NCBI GenBank assembly: GCA_036679545.1
Contig: JAZDDD010000758.1
Coordinates: 1-33,156 of the forward strand
Length of the DNA stretch: 33,156 bases
DNA from: Gemmatimonadota bacterium
Lineage (GTDB): Bacteria; Gemmatimonadota; Gemmatimonadetes; Gemmatimonadales; GWC2-71-9
Reading direction: 5' to 3'
Part shown: positions 6,887 through 15,969 of the stretch, piece after piece
How the letters are laid out: every line of letters begins with the position of its first letter
How positions within the stretch are numbered: position 1 is the stretch's first letter
Translations under genes and position numbers: made by a program
The notes under the pieces: generated by a model
What the model saw: the letters and a program-made list of their open reading frames with translations, nothing else
Databases searched by the model: none
Told to the model about the DNA's origin: nothing

Positions 6887-7103
6887 TCAACACTCAACAT
6901 TCAACACTCAACTCTGAACGTCCAGCGATCTGCCATACTCAACTCGGAACGTCCAGCGATCTGCCATACTCAACTCGGAACGTCCGGCGATCTACGATAC
7001 CCGACTCTGAACGTCCGGCGATCTACGATATTCAACTCTGAACGTCCAGCGATCTACCAGATCGTTGGACGTTGAGAGTTGAGTGTTGGGCGTTCAGTGT
7101 TGA
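6887..7103. repeat. Composite repeat element: about 45-nt imperfect terminal inverted repeats, TCAACAY heptads, and five tandem 31-nt units
   Basis: Tandem units lie at 6906-6936, 6937-6967, 6968-6998, 6999-7029 and 7030-7060, with consensus ACTCAACTCKGAACGTCCRGCGATCTRCSAT. The left end 6887-6931 (TCAACACTCAACATTCAACACTCAACTCTGAACGTCCAGCGATCT) matches the reverse complement of 7059-7103 at 39 of 45 positions by my hand alignment. Confidence 0.9.
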
Positions 7104-7107
7104 ATAG

Positions 7108-7465
7108 TGGAGGCGCGGGGAATCGAACCCCGGTCCGAACCTCAATCTGAGGCCGCGTCTACGTGCGTAGGTCACGCTTAATGTCTCCGCCGGCTGGTGC
7201 GTAACCTACCGAACCAACGGACAATCATCCTAAAGCTTGAATCGTCCGCAGATGAGGACGAACGACAGCAGCCTAAATTTTCAATACTCACCCGCCGCCT
7301 TAGGCGAGCTGCAGAGTGAGCAGGTGCAGCAAGCTAATTAAAGCTTACGCAGCCAATGCCAGATCAGTGTTGGCAATTGTGATGTTTCCGGTGTTTTTTA
7401 CCAGGGCACCAGATCCTGGACACGCAGCAACCACGTCACGAGACCCGTCGAAACCAGTCGCCCCC
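7108..7465 (-). ncRNA. ssrA: tmRNA (transfer-messenger RNA)
   Basis: The reverse complement begins GGGGGCGACTGGTTTCGACGGG and ends GGGGTTCGATTCCCCGCGCCTCCA, a tRNA-Ala-like acceptor with G3:U and a T-arm GGTTCGATTCC. An internal tag ORF ends LAA. Only the first C of CCA is encoded (7107). Confidence 0.9.
7345..7374 (-). other. tmRNA tag-peptide reading frame (ANTDLALAA, then stop)
   Basis: Within ssrA: GCC AAC ACT GAT CTG GCA TTG GCT GCG TAA. It has the canonical Ala resume codon and C-terminal ALAA degron. The exact resume codon is inferred. Confidence 0.65.
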
Positions 7466-7589
7466 AAAAAAACTACTTTTGGGTGCCTGGCGCGAAACGC
7501 GACAGTGCTAACTATATAATATACCAGAGTTTACGTTTTGTTCCAGGGCACACGGCGTGCAGTTTTTCCAGCCCTACCCCGCTAGGGGC

Positions 7590-8573
7590 CTACACGACGG
7601 CTCGAACAGGGTCGAGATAGCTGCTGAACAGCGCTTCAATCTGGGACATGGCCTCAATGCCGTATAGTCGTTGGCGCAGCTGGCCCGCCCCGGGGAGGCC
7701 CCGGGTGTACCACCCAAGATGTTTCCGAAACTCGATTGCCGTGCGACGAGAATCGCCTTGGATTTCCCGCGCGAGCTGGGCGTGGCGCAAGGCGACCTGG
7801 AAGCGTTCCGCGGCCCCCGGAGTGGACCTGGGGTGGCCTCCCTCTAAGAGTGCCCGCGTCTGTTGGAATATCCAGGGATTCCCGAACGACCCGCGCGCGA
7901 TCATCAACCCCGCACACTGCGTGTGGCGCCACAATCTGATCGCATCCTCCGCGGTTTTGATATCGCCATTCCCGATTACGGGGATCGTCAGAGCATCCAC
8001 CACTTGTGCGATTTCGTCCCAATTGGCATTGCCGTTGTACATCTGGGTTCGTGTCCGTGGATGGAGCGTGAGGACCAACACGCCAGCGTCCTCGCAGGCC
8101 AACGCAATCTCGACGGGGTTACGCTGTTCTTCATTCCACCCGCTCCGGATTTTTGCGGTGACAGGCAGATGTGTAGCCTTCTTTACCTCGATCACGATAC
8201 GTTGTAACAACGTGAGATCCTTGAGACACCCGGACCCGCCGTTACGCCGGACGACCTTTTTGACCGGACAACCGAAATTGATATCGATGAAATCCGGGTC
8301 GTAATATTGGGTGACGAGTGCGGCCGCTTCCGCCATGCCCGTGGGGTCGGCACCATACAACTGTATGCCGATTGGGCGTTCCCGCTCGGTGAAATAAGCA
8401 CCGTCATGTGTGCTCTTCACACCCCTGCGAAGACCCTCACAGGACAAAAACTCGGACACGACCACATCAGCCCCAAACATTCGGCAAATACGCCGGAAAG
8501 GCGGTTCTGACACGCCGGCCATGGGCGCGAGGAATAGCGGGACCGTGTGATCCACTGGATAGGGAAACCGCAT
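7590..8573 (-). CDS. dusB: tRNA-dihydrouridine synthase
   Basis: 327 aa with LAPMAGVSEPPFRRI, the catalytic-Cys block DINFGCPVKKV, and TLHPRTR, typical of the Dus family. The DusB subtype assignment is tentative. Confidence 0.85.
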   Translation of the reverse strand: MRFPYPVDHTVPLFLAPMAGVSEPPFRRICRMFGADVVVSEFLSCEGLRRGVKSTHDGAYFTERERPIGIQLYGADPTGMAEAAALVTQYYDPDFIDINFGCPVKKVVRRNGGSGCLKDLTLLQRIVIEVKKATHLPVTAKIRSGWNEEQRNPVEIALACEDAGVLVLTLHPRTRTQMYNGNANWDEIAQVVDALTIPVIGNGDIKTAEDAIRLWRHTQCAGLMIARGSFGNPWIFQQTRALLEGGHPRSTPGAAERFQVALRHAQLAREIQGDSRRTAIEFRKHLGWYTRGLPGAGQLRQRLYGIEAMSQIEALFSSYLDPVRAVV

Positions 8574-8684
8574 TACGCGAACTTAATTGAGGTCAAACGG
8601 AGCAGCAACGGCGGCGTTTGACAGTCCATACGAGGTGTCATACGTTTCGGGCCGTTTTGTCAAACACCGTCACACGAAAAGCAC

Positions 8685-9137
8685 ATGCGCCTACGAGATT
8701 GTTTTACGCAAGAAACCGTCAACCTCGACCTCCAGGGGGTCGAGAAAGATGACGTACTCCAAGAGCTAATTCGCGTCTTCGGTTTGGACGAGAAATCAGA
8801 AGGCATGTTGTTCAAGATGCTTCAACGCAGGGAAAATCTGGGATCCACCGGTATCGGTCGGGGCATTGCCATTCCACACTGCCGGTCATTGGTCGTCAAC
8901 CGCCTACGTGTGGCATTTGGCCGCAAATCGTCCGGTCTGGACTTCAAGGCCATTGACCACAAGCCGGTACACAACATCTTCCTCATCGTGGCTCCGCCGA
9001 TGGAAGTGTCCAATCAGTACCTGCCCGTGTTGGGTCGTATCGCCCAATTCGCAAAGGAGGCCGATGTGCCGGATCGACTCGCCACGTTGGAAACACCAGA
9101 AGGATTCCTATCGCTCTTAGAAGAAAAAGATATCTAA
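8685..9137 (+). CDS. ptsN: PTS EIIA type-2 domain protein (PtsN/EIIA-Ntr-like)
   Basis: 150 aa. The phosphorylatable-His block STGIGRGIAIPHCR and the later IFLIVAP segment are typical of EIIA(Ntr/Fru) domains. Confidence 0.75.
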   Translation: MRLRDCFTQETVNLDLQGVEKDDVLQELIRVFGLDEKSEGMLFKMLQRRENLGSTGIGRGIAIPHCRSLVVNRLRVAFGRKSSGLDFKAIDHKPVHNIFLIVAPPMEVSNQYLPVLGRIAQFAKEADVPDRLATLETPEGFLSLLEEKDI

Positions 9138-9138
9138 A

Positions 9139-10692
9139 TTACTCCCACTCGATCGTGGCCGGTGGCTTCGAACTGATGTCGTACACGACTCTGTTTACCC
9201 CCGCAACTTCATTGATGATTCGATTGGCCATCCTACCCAATACGGCGGCTGGGAAATCGAACCAATCAGCCGTCATGCCGTCCGTACTGGTAACCGCTCG
9301 TAGGGCCACGACATTCTCGTAGGTGCGGGCGTCCCCCATCACACCAACCGACTGGACGGGGAGCAGCACAGCAAACGCCTGCCAGATTTCATCATACAGA
9401 TCCGCATTCCGAATCTCCTCGAGGTAGATGGCATCGGCCTTCCGCAGCGTTGTCACCGCCTCGGGTGTCACCTCGCCGATGATTCGTATTGCCAGACCTG
9501 GACCGGGAAATGGGTGTCGACCAACAATATCCTCCGGGAGTCCAAGCTCGCGACCAACTCTCCGTACCTCATCCTTGAAGAGTTCGCGGAGTGGTTCAAT
9601 CAATTCGAACGGAAGATCGGGGCGTAAACCACCGACGTTGTGATGCGTTTTGATTGTGGCAGAGGGTCCACCACGCGGCGACAACGACTCGATGACATCG
9701 GGATAAAGGGTCCCTTGCACCAAGAATTCGACATCGCCATCGACTTGGCCGGCTGCTTCTTCGAAGACATCGATGAACGAATGGCCGATTCGCCGTCGCT
9801 TTTCCTCCGGGTCTTTGACACCGGCCAATCGGTCAAGGAATCGTTCACTGGCATCGACGACAATGAGTTCGGCTCCCAGCTCTGATCCGAAAGTTGCTTC
9901 GACTTGTTCTCGTTCGTTGAGTCGCAGCAGTCCGTGATCGACAAAGATACATGTCAGACGATCTCCAACAGCTCGGTGTACCAGCGCTGCCGCGACGGCG
10001 GAATCCACACCGCCAGACAAACCACAGATAACTCGCTGGTTCTTGCCAACCCGATTCTGAATCTGCTCTATGTGCTCCGAAACAAAATGACCCGACGTCC
10101 AGTCGGTTGGAGCATTGCAGATGTTGCGAACAAAGTTGCCCAAAACCTCCGTCCCTCGCTCAGTATGGGCAACTTCCGGGTGAAATTGTACCGCATACAC
10201 CTTCCGCTTCATATCCGCGAAGGCGGCTATGGGAGCGTTGTCGCTGGACGCGAGCACCTGCATCCCACGAGGTAACCCCTGTACCGTGTCGGCATGGCTC
10301 ATCCAAACATTCAACGAGTCACCAACAGCGAAACCGCCGAACAAACCGTCGGCGTGCTGAATATCGACACGTGCGCGGCCGTATTCGCGTTCCTTTGACG
10401 CGCGAACTTCAACCCCAAGCCCTTGCGCCAGAAGCTGCATGCCATAACACACGCCCAAGATCGGCACACCAAGTGTGAGCAGTTCGGAATTGAACTTGGG
10501 CGCGTCGTGATCGTACACCGAACTCGGCCCACCTGATAAGATGATTCCTGCGGGCGCGCGTTCCTCGATCCATGACCGGTCTCGGTCGGGCCGTTGAATG
10601 TCGCAAAATACTTCCATCTCGCGGATGCGGCGCGCAATCAGTTGCGTGAACTGCGATCCGTAATCGAGAATCAGTATTCCTTTATGTGTCAA
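9139..10692 (-). CDS. guaA: GMP synthase (glutamine-hydrolysing)
   Basis: 517 aa. GATase block [12 protein letters not shown]-pyrophosphatase motif [11 protein letters not shown]-terminus [13 protein letters not shown] start 10692 has AGGAG 9 nt upstream. Confidence 0.95.
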   Translation of the reverse strand: MTHKGILILDYGSQFTQLIARRIREMEVFCDIQRPDRDRSWIEERAPAGIILSGGPSSVYDHDAPKFNSELLTLGVPILGVCYGMQLLAQGLGVEVRASKEREYGRARVDIQHADGLFGGFAVGDSLNVWMSHADTVQGLPRGMQVLASSDNAPIAAFADMKRKVYAVQFHPEVAHTERGTEVLGNFVRNICNAPTDWTSGHFVSEHIEQIQNRVGKNQRVICGLSGGVDSAVAAALVHRAVGDRLTCIFVDHGLLRLNEREQVEATFGSELGAELIVVDASERFLDRLAGVKDPEEKRRRIGHSFIDVFEEAAGQVDGDVEFLVQGTLYPDVIESLSPRGGPSATIKTHHNVGGLRPDLPFELIEPLRELFKDEVRRVGRELGLPEDIVGRHPFPGPGLAIRIIGEVTPEAVTTLRKADAIYLEEIRNADLYDEIWQAFAVLLPVQSVGVMGDARTYENVVALRAVTSTDGMTADWFDFPAAVLGRMANRIINEVAGVNRVVYDISSKPPATIEWE

Positions 10693-10728
10693 GTCGAACA
10701 GCTCCTAAATTCGTACGGGGTGAATGTC

Positions 10729-11991
10729 TCAGTCATCCATCCAAATTGGTGTCACGCTCTCATCTCTCCACAGGTCATCCAGCTTTTCACGCCGCCGGAT
10801 GATACCAAACCGCGTATTGTCCACCAATACTTCGGCTGCGCGTGGCCGCGAGTTGTACGTGGAACTCATTGAAAACCCGTATGCACCGGCGCCACGTATT
10901 GCCAGTAAACCACCCGCACCAACCGGTTCGAGAAGCCGATCTAACGCTTGATAGTCGCCGCTTTCGCAAATCGGCCCGACCACATCGACTCTGCCGGGTT
11001 CCGCATCCCGATGCACATCTCCAGAGCTCACAACATCGATATCGTGGAAGGCCTGATATAACATCGGACGCATGAAATCGTTCATCCCCGCATCGACGAT
11101 CAAGAAGGAGTGGTCACTCGCCGATTTCCGATACACCACACGAGTGAGCAAGACACCTGCGTTTCCGATGATGAGGCGTCCAGGTTCAATGAGCAGCCGG
11201 AGTCCGGTTCGTTTCAACATCGGTGCCACGCCGGCCGCAAGCGCATGAAGGTCCAACGCGTTTGTATCGCCATGTGATACGGCAAAGCCACCGCCAATGT
11301 CCAGACTCTCCAGCGTGTCGATGCCATGACTCCGGATGGCATCGACAAGGTTGCACAGGCGTGCCGCACCGGTTTGGTAAGATGTCGGGTCGGTGATTTG
11401 CGATCCCAAATGCATTCCCACACCGCACAACCGTATACGTGGGGTCTGCGCCATTCGCACGGCCAGTTGCTCAGCACGGTGGAGCGGCACCCCAAACTTC
11501 ATTCCTTTGTGTCCGGTCTGCGTATGCGGATGCGTGTCGGTTGTCACATCTGGGTTAACACGAATGCCAACTCGCACGAGCTTCCCAAGTCTGGCCGCCA
11601 CCGCGCTGAGGGCATCGAACTCCACCTCTGACTCGACATTCACAAGACCGACATCGGCCGTCAAAGCACCTTCTAACTCGGATGCGGTTTTACCGACGCC
11701 GCTAAACACGATGTCCGGACCGGAGAAACCCGCGCGCAGAACTCTGGCAAGCTCACCACCAGACACAATGTCAACACCGGCACCCAAGTCTCGCAAAAGA
11801 CCTAGAATCGCGAGGTTGCTATTGGCCTTTACGGAGTAGTGAACGCGGTGCGACACAGCCGCCACTGCGTCTGCCAGTGCCGTCCACTGATGTCTGATGG
11901 CCGCGGCGCTGTAAACGTATGTCGGTGTGCCGACAACTTGGGCAACGCGTTCGAAAACCGCGTTTGAGACGCCTAGTAGGCTTTCGCCCAC
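10729..11991 (-). CDS. lysA: Diaminopimelate decarboxylase
   Basis: 420 aa. GTPTYVYS, PLP-lysine block HYSVKAN, DIGGGF, and CESGD are typical of LysA. GTG start; 19-nt overlap with the proS 3' end. Confidence 0.9.
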   Translation of the reverse strand: MGESLLGVSNAVFERVAQVVGTPTYVYSAAAIRHQWTALADAVAAVSHRVHYSVKANSNLAILGLLRDLGAGVDIVSGGELARVLRAGFSGPDIVFSGVGKTASELEGALTADVGLVNVESEVEFDALSAVAARLGKLVRVGIRVNPDVTTDTHPHTQTGHKGMKFGVPLHRAEQLAVRMAQTPRIRLCGVGMHLGSQITDPTSYQTGAARLCNLVDAIRSHGIDTLESLDIGGGFAVSHGDTNALDLHALAAGVAPMLKRTGLRLLIEPGRLIIGNAGVLLTRVVYRKSASDHSFLIVDAGMNDFMRPMLYQAFHDIDVVSSGDVHRDAEPGRVDVVGPICESGDYQALDRLLEPVGAGGLLAIRGAGAYGFSMSSTYNSRPRAAEVLVDNTRFGIIRRREKLDDLWRDESVTPIWMDD

Positions 11992-13418
11992 ACCGCCTCA
12001 GTGACTGCAGCTTCTCCGCACCACGTACACTTTGTGGGAGCGGGACTCGTGGCGAATTCTTCATCCGGGAGCACCCGAATGGTCGCTTTTGTTTGGTCCT
12101 TTACCGCTGTCTCGCAAGCTGGCGATCCACAGTAACCACCAAACGCAAACCCGCCGGTCCCGTTCATCAAATCGATCAATTCGTCTTTCGTAACGTTGCG
12201 CCGAGAATTCTTCTCGCGTCGGGCCCTGGCGGTTTCCAGCAAACTCCGTTGCACTTGATCCAGCGCTGCCCGCACGGCTTCCCCTAACACGTCGATGCGC
12301 GCCGGTACCTTACCCCCCGTGCGACGAGCCAGAACCGCCTGTCCTTCCGACACGTCTCGCGGACCAATTTCCAGTCGAACGGGCACCCCGCGAACTTCCC
12401 ACTCGTAATATTTGGCACCGGGCTTCATACCCTCGCGATCGTCGACGCGGACACGCATTCCACTACCGGCCAATTGTTCGCGTACGGACTCAGATACTTG
12501 GAGCACGGCCTGGCGATCGGTATCCGTCTTCCAAATCGGTACGATCACCACCTGAAGTGGAGCAAGCTTTGGCGGGCATATCATGCCGCGGTCATCACCA
12601 TGAGACATGATGAGTCCGCCAATGAGCCGTGTGGATACTCCCCACGAGGTGCTCCACACATATTCCAAACCACCATCGGCCGTTTGGTATTGCACATCGA
12701 ACGCTTTTGCAAAATTCTGACCGAGATGGTGCGACGTGCCAGCTTGCAGTGCCTTGTTGTCCTGCATCAACCCCTCGCACGAGTACGTCCGTACCGCGCC
12801 AGCGAATCGTTCCGCGTCAGTTTTTACACCGGTGATCACCGGCATGGCCATCCATTCTTCCATGAACCGCCGATAGATTCCCAAAATCAAACGGGCCTCC
12901 GCCTCGGCCTCGTCATCGGTGGCGTGCGCCGTGTGTCCCTCTTGCCAGAGAAATTCGGTCGTTCGCAAAAACAATCGTGTCCTGAGTTCCCACCGGACCA
13001 CGTTCGCCCATTGGTTGATGAGCAACGGTAAATCACGGTAGCTCTGGATCCACTTGGAAAACATGGCGTAGATGATTGTCTCCGACGTGGGTCGAATCAC
13101 CAATGGTTCCTCCAGCTCCTTGCCGCCTCCACGCGTCACAACCGCAGTTTCCGGCGCGAAGCCCTCGACGTGTTCGGCCTCTTTGGCCAGAAATTTCTCA
13201 GGTATGAGCAACGGGAAGTACGCGTTCTCGTGACCGGTTTCTTTGAACATTGCATCCAGGTTCTGCTGCATCAGTTCCCAAATACCATATCCACCCGGCC
13301 GAATCACCATGCAACCGCGTACCGGCGAGTGGTCCGCCAATTGCGCTCGGATGACAACATCGTTGTACCACGCTGAGAAGTCTTCGTCGCGAGGTGTTAT
13401 TCCCTTAGTATTGCTCAT
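11973..13418 (-). CDS. proS: Proline--tRNA ligase (archaeal/eukaryote-like type)
   Basis: 481 aa with class II aaRS motifs and a C-terminal Cys-rich tail (GGYCGSPACE...CTWCGE) ending in Tyr. ATG 13418 overlaps the hisS stop (ATGA). Confidence 0.95.
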   Translation of the reverse strand: MSNTKGITPRDEDFSAWYNDVVIRAQLADHSPVRGCMVIRPGGYGIWELMQQNLDAMFKETGHENAYFPLLIPEKFLAKEAEHVEGFAPETAVVTRGGGKELEEPLVIRPTSETIIYAMFSKWIQSYRDLPLLINQWANVVRWELRTRLFLRTTEFLWQEGHTAHATDDEAEAEARLILGIYRRFMEEWMAMPVITGVKTDAERFAGAVRTYSCEGLMQDNKALQAGTSHHLGQNFAKAFDVQYQTADGGLEYVWSTSWGVSTRLIGGLIMSHGDDRGMICPPKLAPLQVVIVPIWKTDTDRQAVLQVSESVREQLAGSGMRVRVDDREGMKPGAKYYEWEVRGVPVRLEIGPRDVSEGQAVLARRTGGKVPARIDVLGEAVRAALDQVQRSLLETARARREKNSRRNVTKDELIDLMNGTGGFAFGGYCGSPACETAVKDQTKATIRVLPDEEFATSPAPTKCTWCGEAAVTEAVWAKAY

Positions 13419-14749
13419 ACGTTATCCCGTGCCCCAACCACTTCACGTACCCAGTTGCGGTTGTTTCCGTTAGCAAAAAGTTCAACGATTTTGTCGAGAG
13501 TGATCCGTTGTTCCTCACCCGTCGTGAGATTGCGCACAACGCCCAGCTCGTTCTCGCGCTCCTCCGGCCCAATGATGACGGCCGCTGTAGCCTGCCGCGC
13601 ATTGGCGATTTTCATCTGTTTCCCGATGGATTGCGGTTTAAGGGCATACTCCACGCGCGCTCCCCGATCACGCAGACTGTGTGCCAACGATAGCACCGTC
13701 CGGATCTCGCCTCCCGTGACTGCCACGAGAAACATGTCCAAACCGCCAGCTCCGTCTGCTGTCCAACCATGTTCCTTCAACAGTTCGCCGAGAACGACGT
13801 CACCCATGCCAAATCCAACGGCGGGTAGATCGACACCACCCAACGCGTTCAACAACCCATCATACCTTCCACCCCCGCAAATGGCGCGGAGAGACCGGCG
13901 GGCATCGAAAAGCTCGAACACGATGCCGGTGTAATAGTCCAGTCCACGAACTATTGACAGATCCACATCGACAAAGTCCCTCAACCCCATCGACGCGAGG
14001 GCGTCCAGACATTGAAACAAGTTATCTGACGCGGCCTCTTTGTCGGCGGCGGACAACGCTTCGCGAAGAGCGGCTTCTCCCTTGATCCCACCGATTTCCA
14101 GCACCTGCTGCGCGACAACTTGCTCGAGCCCCCCCTGGACCAGGAAGGCGAGCAGCTTGTCCGGTGTTTCTCGCTCCGACTTGTCCACCGCCCGGTATGC
14201 CAACTCTAACTGAGCCGCCTGAACGCCATTGGCAAGCAACAAGGCCTGGATCACACGTCGATCCGACATGCGGACCCGTACGTCCTTGGGTCCAAGGCCA
14301 AGCGTTCTCATGATGTCTATGGCGGCCGCTATCACCTCTGCGTCCGCAGCAGCCCCTACTTCTCCTATCACATCCATGTTCAACTGGAAGTGCTCTCGGA
14401 GACGCCCACGCTGTTGCTTCTCGAACCTGAACAGCTGTGGAGTCGAGAACCATCGGATGGGCTTTTTCAGCTCGGTGGCCCTCGCGGTGACCATCCGGGC
14501 CAGCGTTGGGGTCATCTCGGGACGTAACGTGACTGCCCGGTCACCCTTGTCCACGAAATTGTAGAGCTGATCGACGATCTCAGGACCCGACTTTTGGGTG
14601 TAAAGCTCGAGGGGCTCCAGGGGCGGACCGTCATATTCCTGAAACCCGTATCGCGCGGCTACGTCCCGCCACGCGCCAAAGATCGCGTTCTTGAGAGCAA
14701 TCTTCTCTGCGTCAAAGTCTCGAAATCCCGGCAACCCCCGTGTTTTCAT
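13415..14749 (-). CDS. hisS: Histidine--tRNA ligase
   Basis: 444 aa. GFRDF, LRPEMTP, FRFEKQQRGRLREHFQ and GGGRYD are HisRS signature blocks. Confidence 0.95.
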   Translation of the reverse strand: MKTRGLPGFRDFDAEKIALKNAIFGAWRDVAARYGFQEYDGPPLEPLELYTQKSGPEIVDQLYNFVDKGDRAVTLRPEMTPTLARMVTARATELKKPIRWFSTPQLFRFEKQQRGRLREHFQLNMDVIGEVGAAADAEVIAAAIDIMRTLGLGPKDVRVRMSDRRVIQALLLANGVQAAQLELAYRAVDKSERETPDKLLAFLVQGGLEQVVAQQVLEIGGIKGEAALREALSAADKEAASDNLFQCLDALASMGLRDFVDVDLSIVRGLDYYTGIVFELFDARRSLRAICGGGRYDGLLNALGGVDLPAVGFGMGDVVLGELLKEHGWTADGAGGLDMFLVAVTGGEIRTVLSLAHSLRDRGARVEYALKPQSIGKQMKIANARQATAAVIIGPEERENELGVVRNLTTGEEQRITLDKIVELFANGNNRNWVREVVGARDNV

Positions 14750-14758
14750 CGAAAGAAT

Positions 14759-15895
14759 CTATCCGAACGGCACGAAGCCGGGCAACCGCGCCATGGCATC
14801 CCCCACCGTGTAGAAAGAGCCGGTCACTACCACCGTGCCTGCTCCCACCTCCGCATCGCGCAGCGCCCGGTCAAAACGGGGCTCCACGAGGATGTCCTCA
14901 GAGACTGCTCCGGCCAGCTGGTGCGGTTGTACCGCCCTTTCCGACGGGGCGGACGGCGGTACCGTCACCCAGATCCGGTCCGCGACCGCCGCCACAGATT
15001 TGAGCAGTGCCGCGACCGGTTTGTCGTTCAGCGCTCCAAAAACCACGTGGATCGGCCGCGGTGGCCCAGAATCCCTAATAAGGGCCGTCAGAGCCCCCAT
15101 GCTCGCCTCATTGTGAGCGACGTCCAATATCCACTTGCCTCGCCAATCGAACCGGCCGGGCACCGATGCGCGGGCGAATCCACGCGCCACGTCCCCCGCG
15201 GACACCTCAAAAACGGCTGGCAACACATTGAGGACCTCCGCCGCCACGGCAGCATTACGACGTTGATGGGCGCCAGCCAGGGCCATGGCCCCTTCGTACC
15301 GCACGCCCCGCTGAACCGTACACGGCACACCGCCGAGACCCTCGGCCCGTTGCAACAACGCGTGGCACAGCGTCTGGTTCTCCTCACCGATAACGAATGG
15401 GATACCGGTTTTTGCAATAGACGCTTTTTCCCACGCGACCCGTTCGAGATCGGTTCCGAGGAACTCTTCATGGTCGTTCCCAACATTCGTCACAGCCGTG
15501 ACGACAGGATCGACGACGTTGGTGCTGTCTAGTCTACCGCCGAGTCCCACCTCCACGACGGCGATATCAACGTGTCGCGCCGCAAAGTCCGCAAACGCAA
15601 TCGCGGTGATTGCTTCAAAGTGACTGGCGCCTGTGGCCTCTATCTCAGAGTGTAGCGCATTGGTCCACGCCGCAAACGCATCCTTGGAAATGGGCTTACC
15701 ATTCACGACCACCCGTTCGGTTGCATCCACGAGATGAGGCGAGGTATAGAGACCGACTCGAAACCCCGCGCCGCGTAGCGTCTCGTACACTAACGTTGCC
15801 ACCGACCCCTTGCCGTTCGTGCCGCCGATGTGAACAATGGCATATCTGTCTTGTGGATTTCCCATCGCCGCAAGGAGTCGGCGTGTGGGCCCCAA
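14759..15895 (-). CDS. folC: Folylpolyglutamate synthase / dihydrofolate synthase (5' end uncertain, see findings)
   Basis: Mur-ligase P-loop HIGGTNGKGS is present. The track start is TTG 15895, but FolC-like sequence (SYQQACSYLFPRLGGGRRWSL) continues in frame upstream. Confidence 0.85.
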   Translation of the reverse strand: MGPTRRLLAAMGNPQDRYAIVHIGGTNGKGSVATLVYETLRGAGFRVGLYTSPHLVDATERVVVNGKPISKDAFAAWTNALHSEIEATGASHFEAITAIAFADFAARHVDIAVVEVGLGGRLDSTNVVDPVVTAVTNVGNDHEEFLGTDLERVAWEKASIAKTGIPFVIGEENQTLCHALLQRAEGLGGVPCTVQRGVRYEGAMALAGAHQRRNAAVAAEVLNVLPAVFEVSAGDVARGFARASVPGRFDWRGKWILDVAHNEASMGALTALIRDSGPPRPIHVVFGALNDKPVAALLKSVAAVADRIWVTVPPSAPSERAVQPHQLAGAVSEDILVEPRFDRALRDAEVGAGTVVVTGSFYTVGDAMARLPGFVPFG

Positions 15896-15969
15896 GGACC
15901 AACGCCGGCCACCGCCGAGCCGCGGAAAAAGGTACGAACAGGCTTGTTGATATGAAAACCCGTGAATGG

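Noticed and set aside
6745-7041. 98-aa + strand ORF running through the repeat array
   Set aside because: It starts antisense inside the yfcH-like gene and crosses 31-nt repeats, which are not a multiple of 3, so each unit is read in a different frame. It is an artefact of repeat sequence lacking stops.
6906-7060. A possible CRISPR array, given the regular repeats of about 31 nt
   Set aside because: The units are directly adjacent with no unique spacers between them. There are no cas genes in the window, and the array is bounded by inverted arms. It is a tandem repeat, not a CRISPR array.
5991-7110. A prophage or integrative island inserted at the ssrA 3' end
   Set aside because: I could find no integrase, excisionase or phage genes, and no direct repeat of the ssrA 3' terminus. 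I kept only a low-interest note.
7316-7519. 67-aa + strand ORF
   Set aside because: It overlaps the tmRNA gene on the opposite strand, and the tmRNA explains the region.
7648-8304. 218-aa + strand ORF and other overlapping ORFs in 7650-8510
   Set aside because: They are antisense or shadow frames of the well-supported dus gene.
3252-9137. A functional link between the HPrK-like protein (3252-4172) and the PtsN-like EIIA (8685-9137) as a PTS regulatory pair
   Set aside because: The two are 4.5 kb apart, separated by unrelated genes and ssrA. The HPrK-like gene is translationally coupled to RiPP maturation genes, a context in which such kinases act on peptides rather than on HPr.
14594-15532. 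312-aa + strand ORF
   Set aside because: It lies entirely antisense to folC, which has a clear GTNGKGS P-loop and family-wide similarity. Its Arg/Pro/Gly-rich, low-complexity translation is typical of shadow ORFs in GC-rich DNA.
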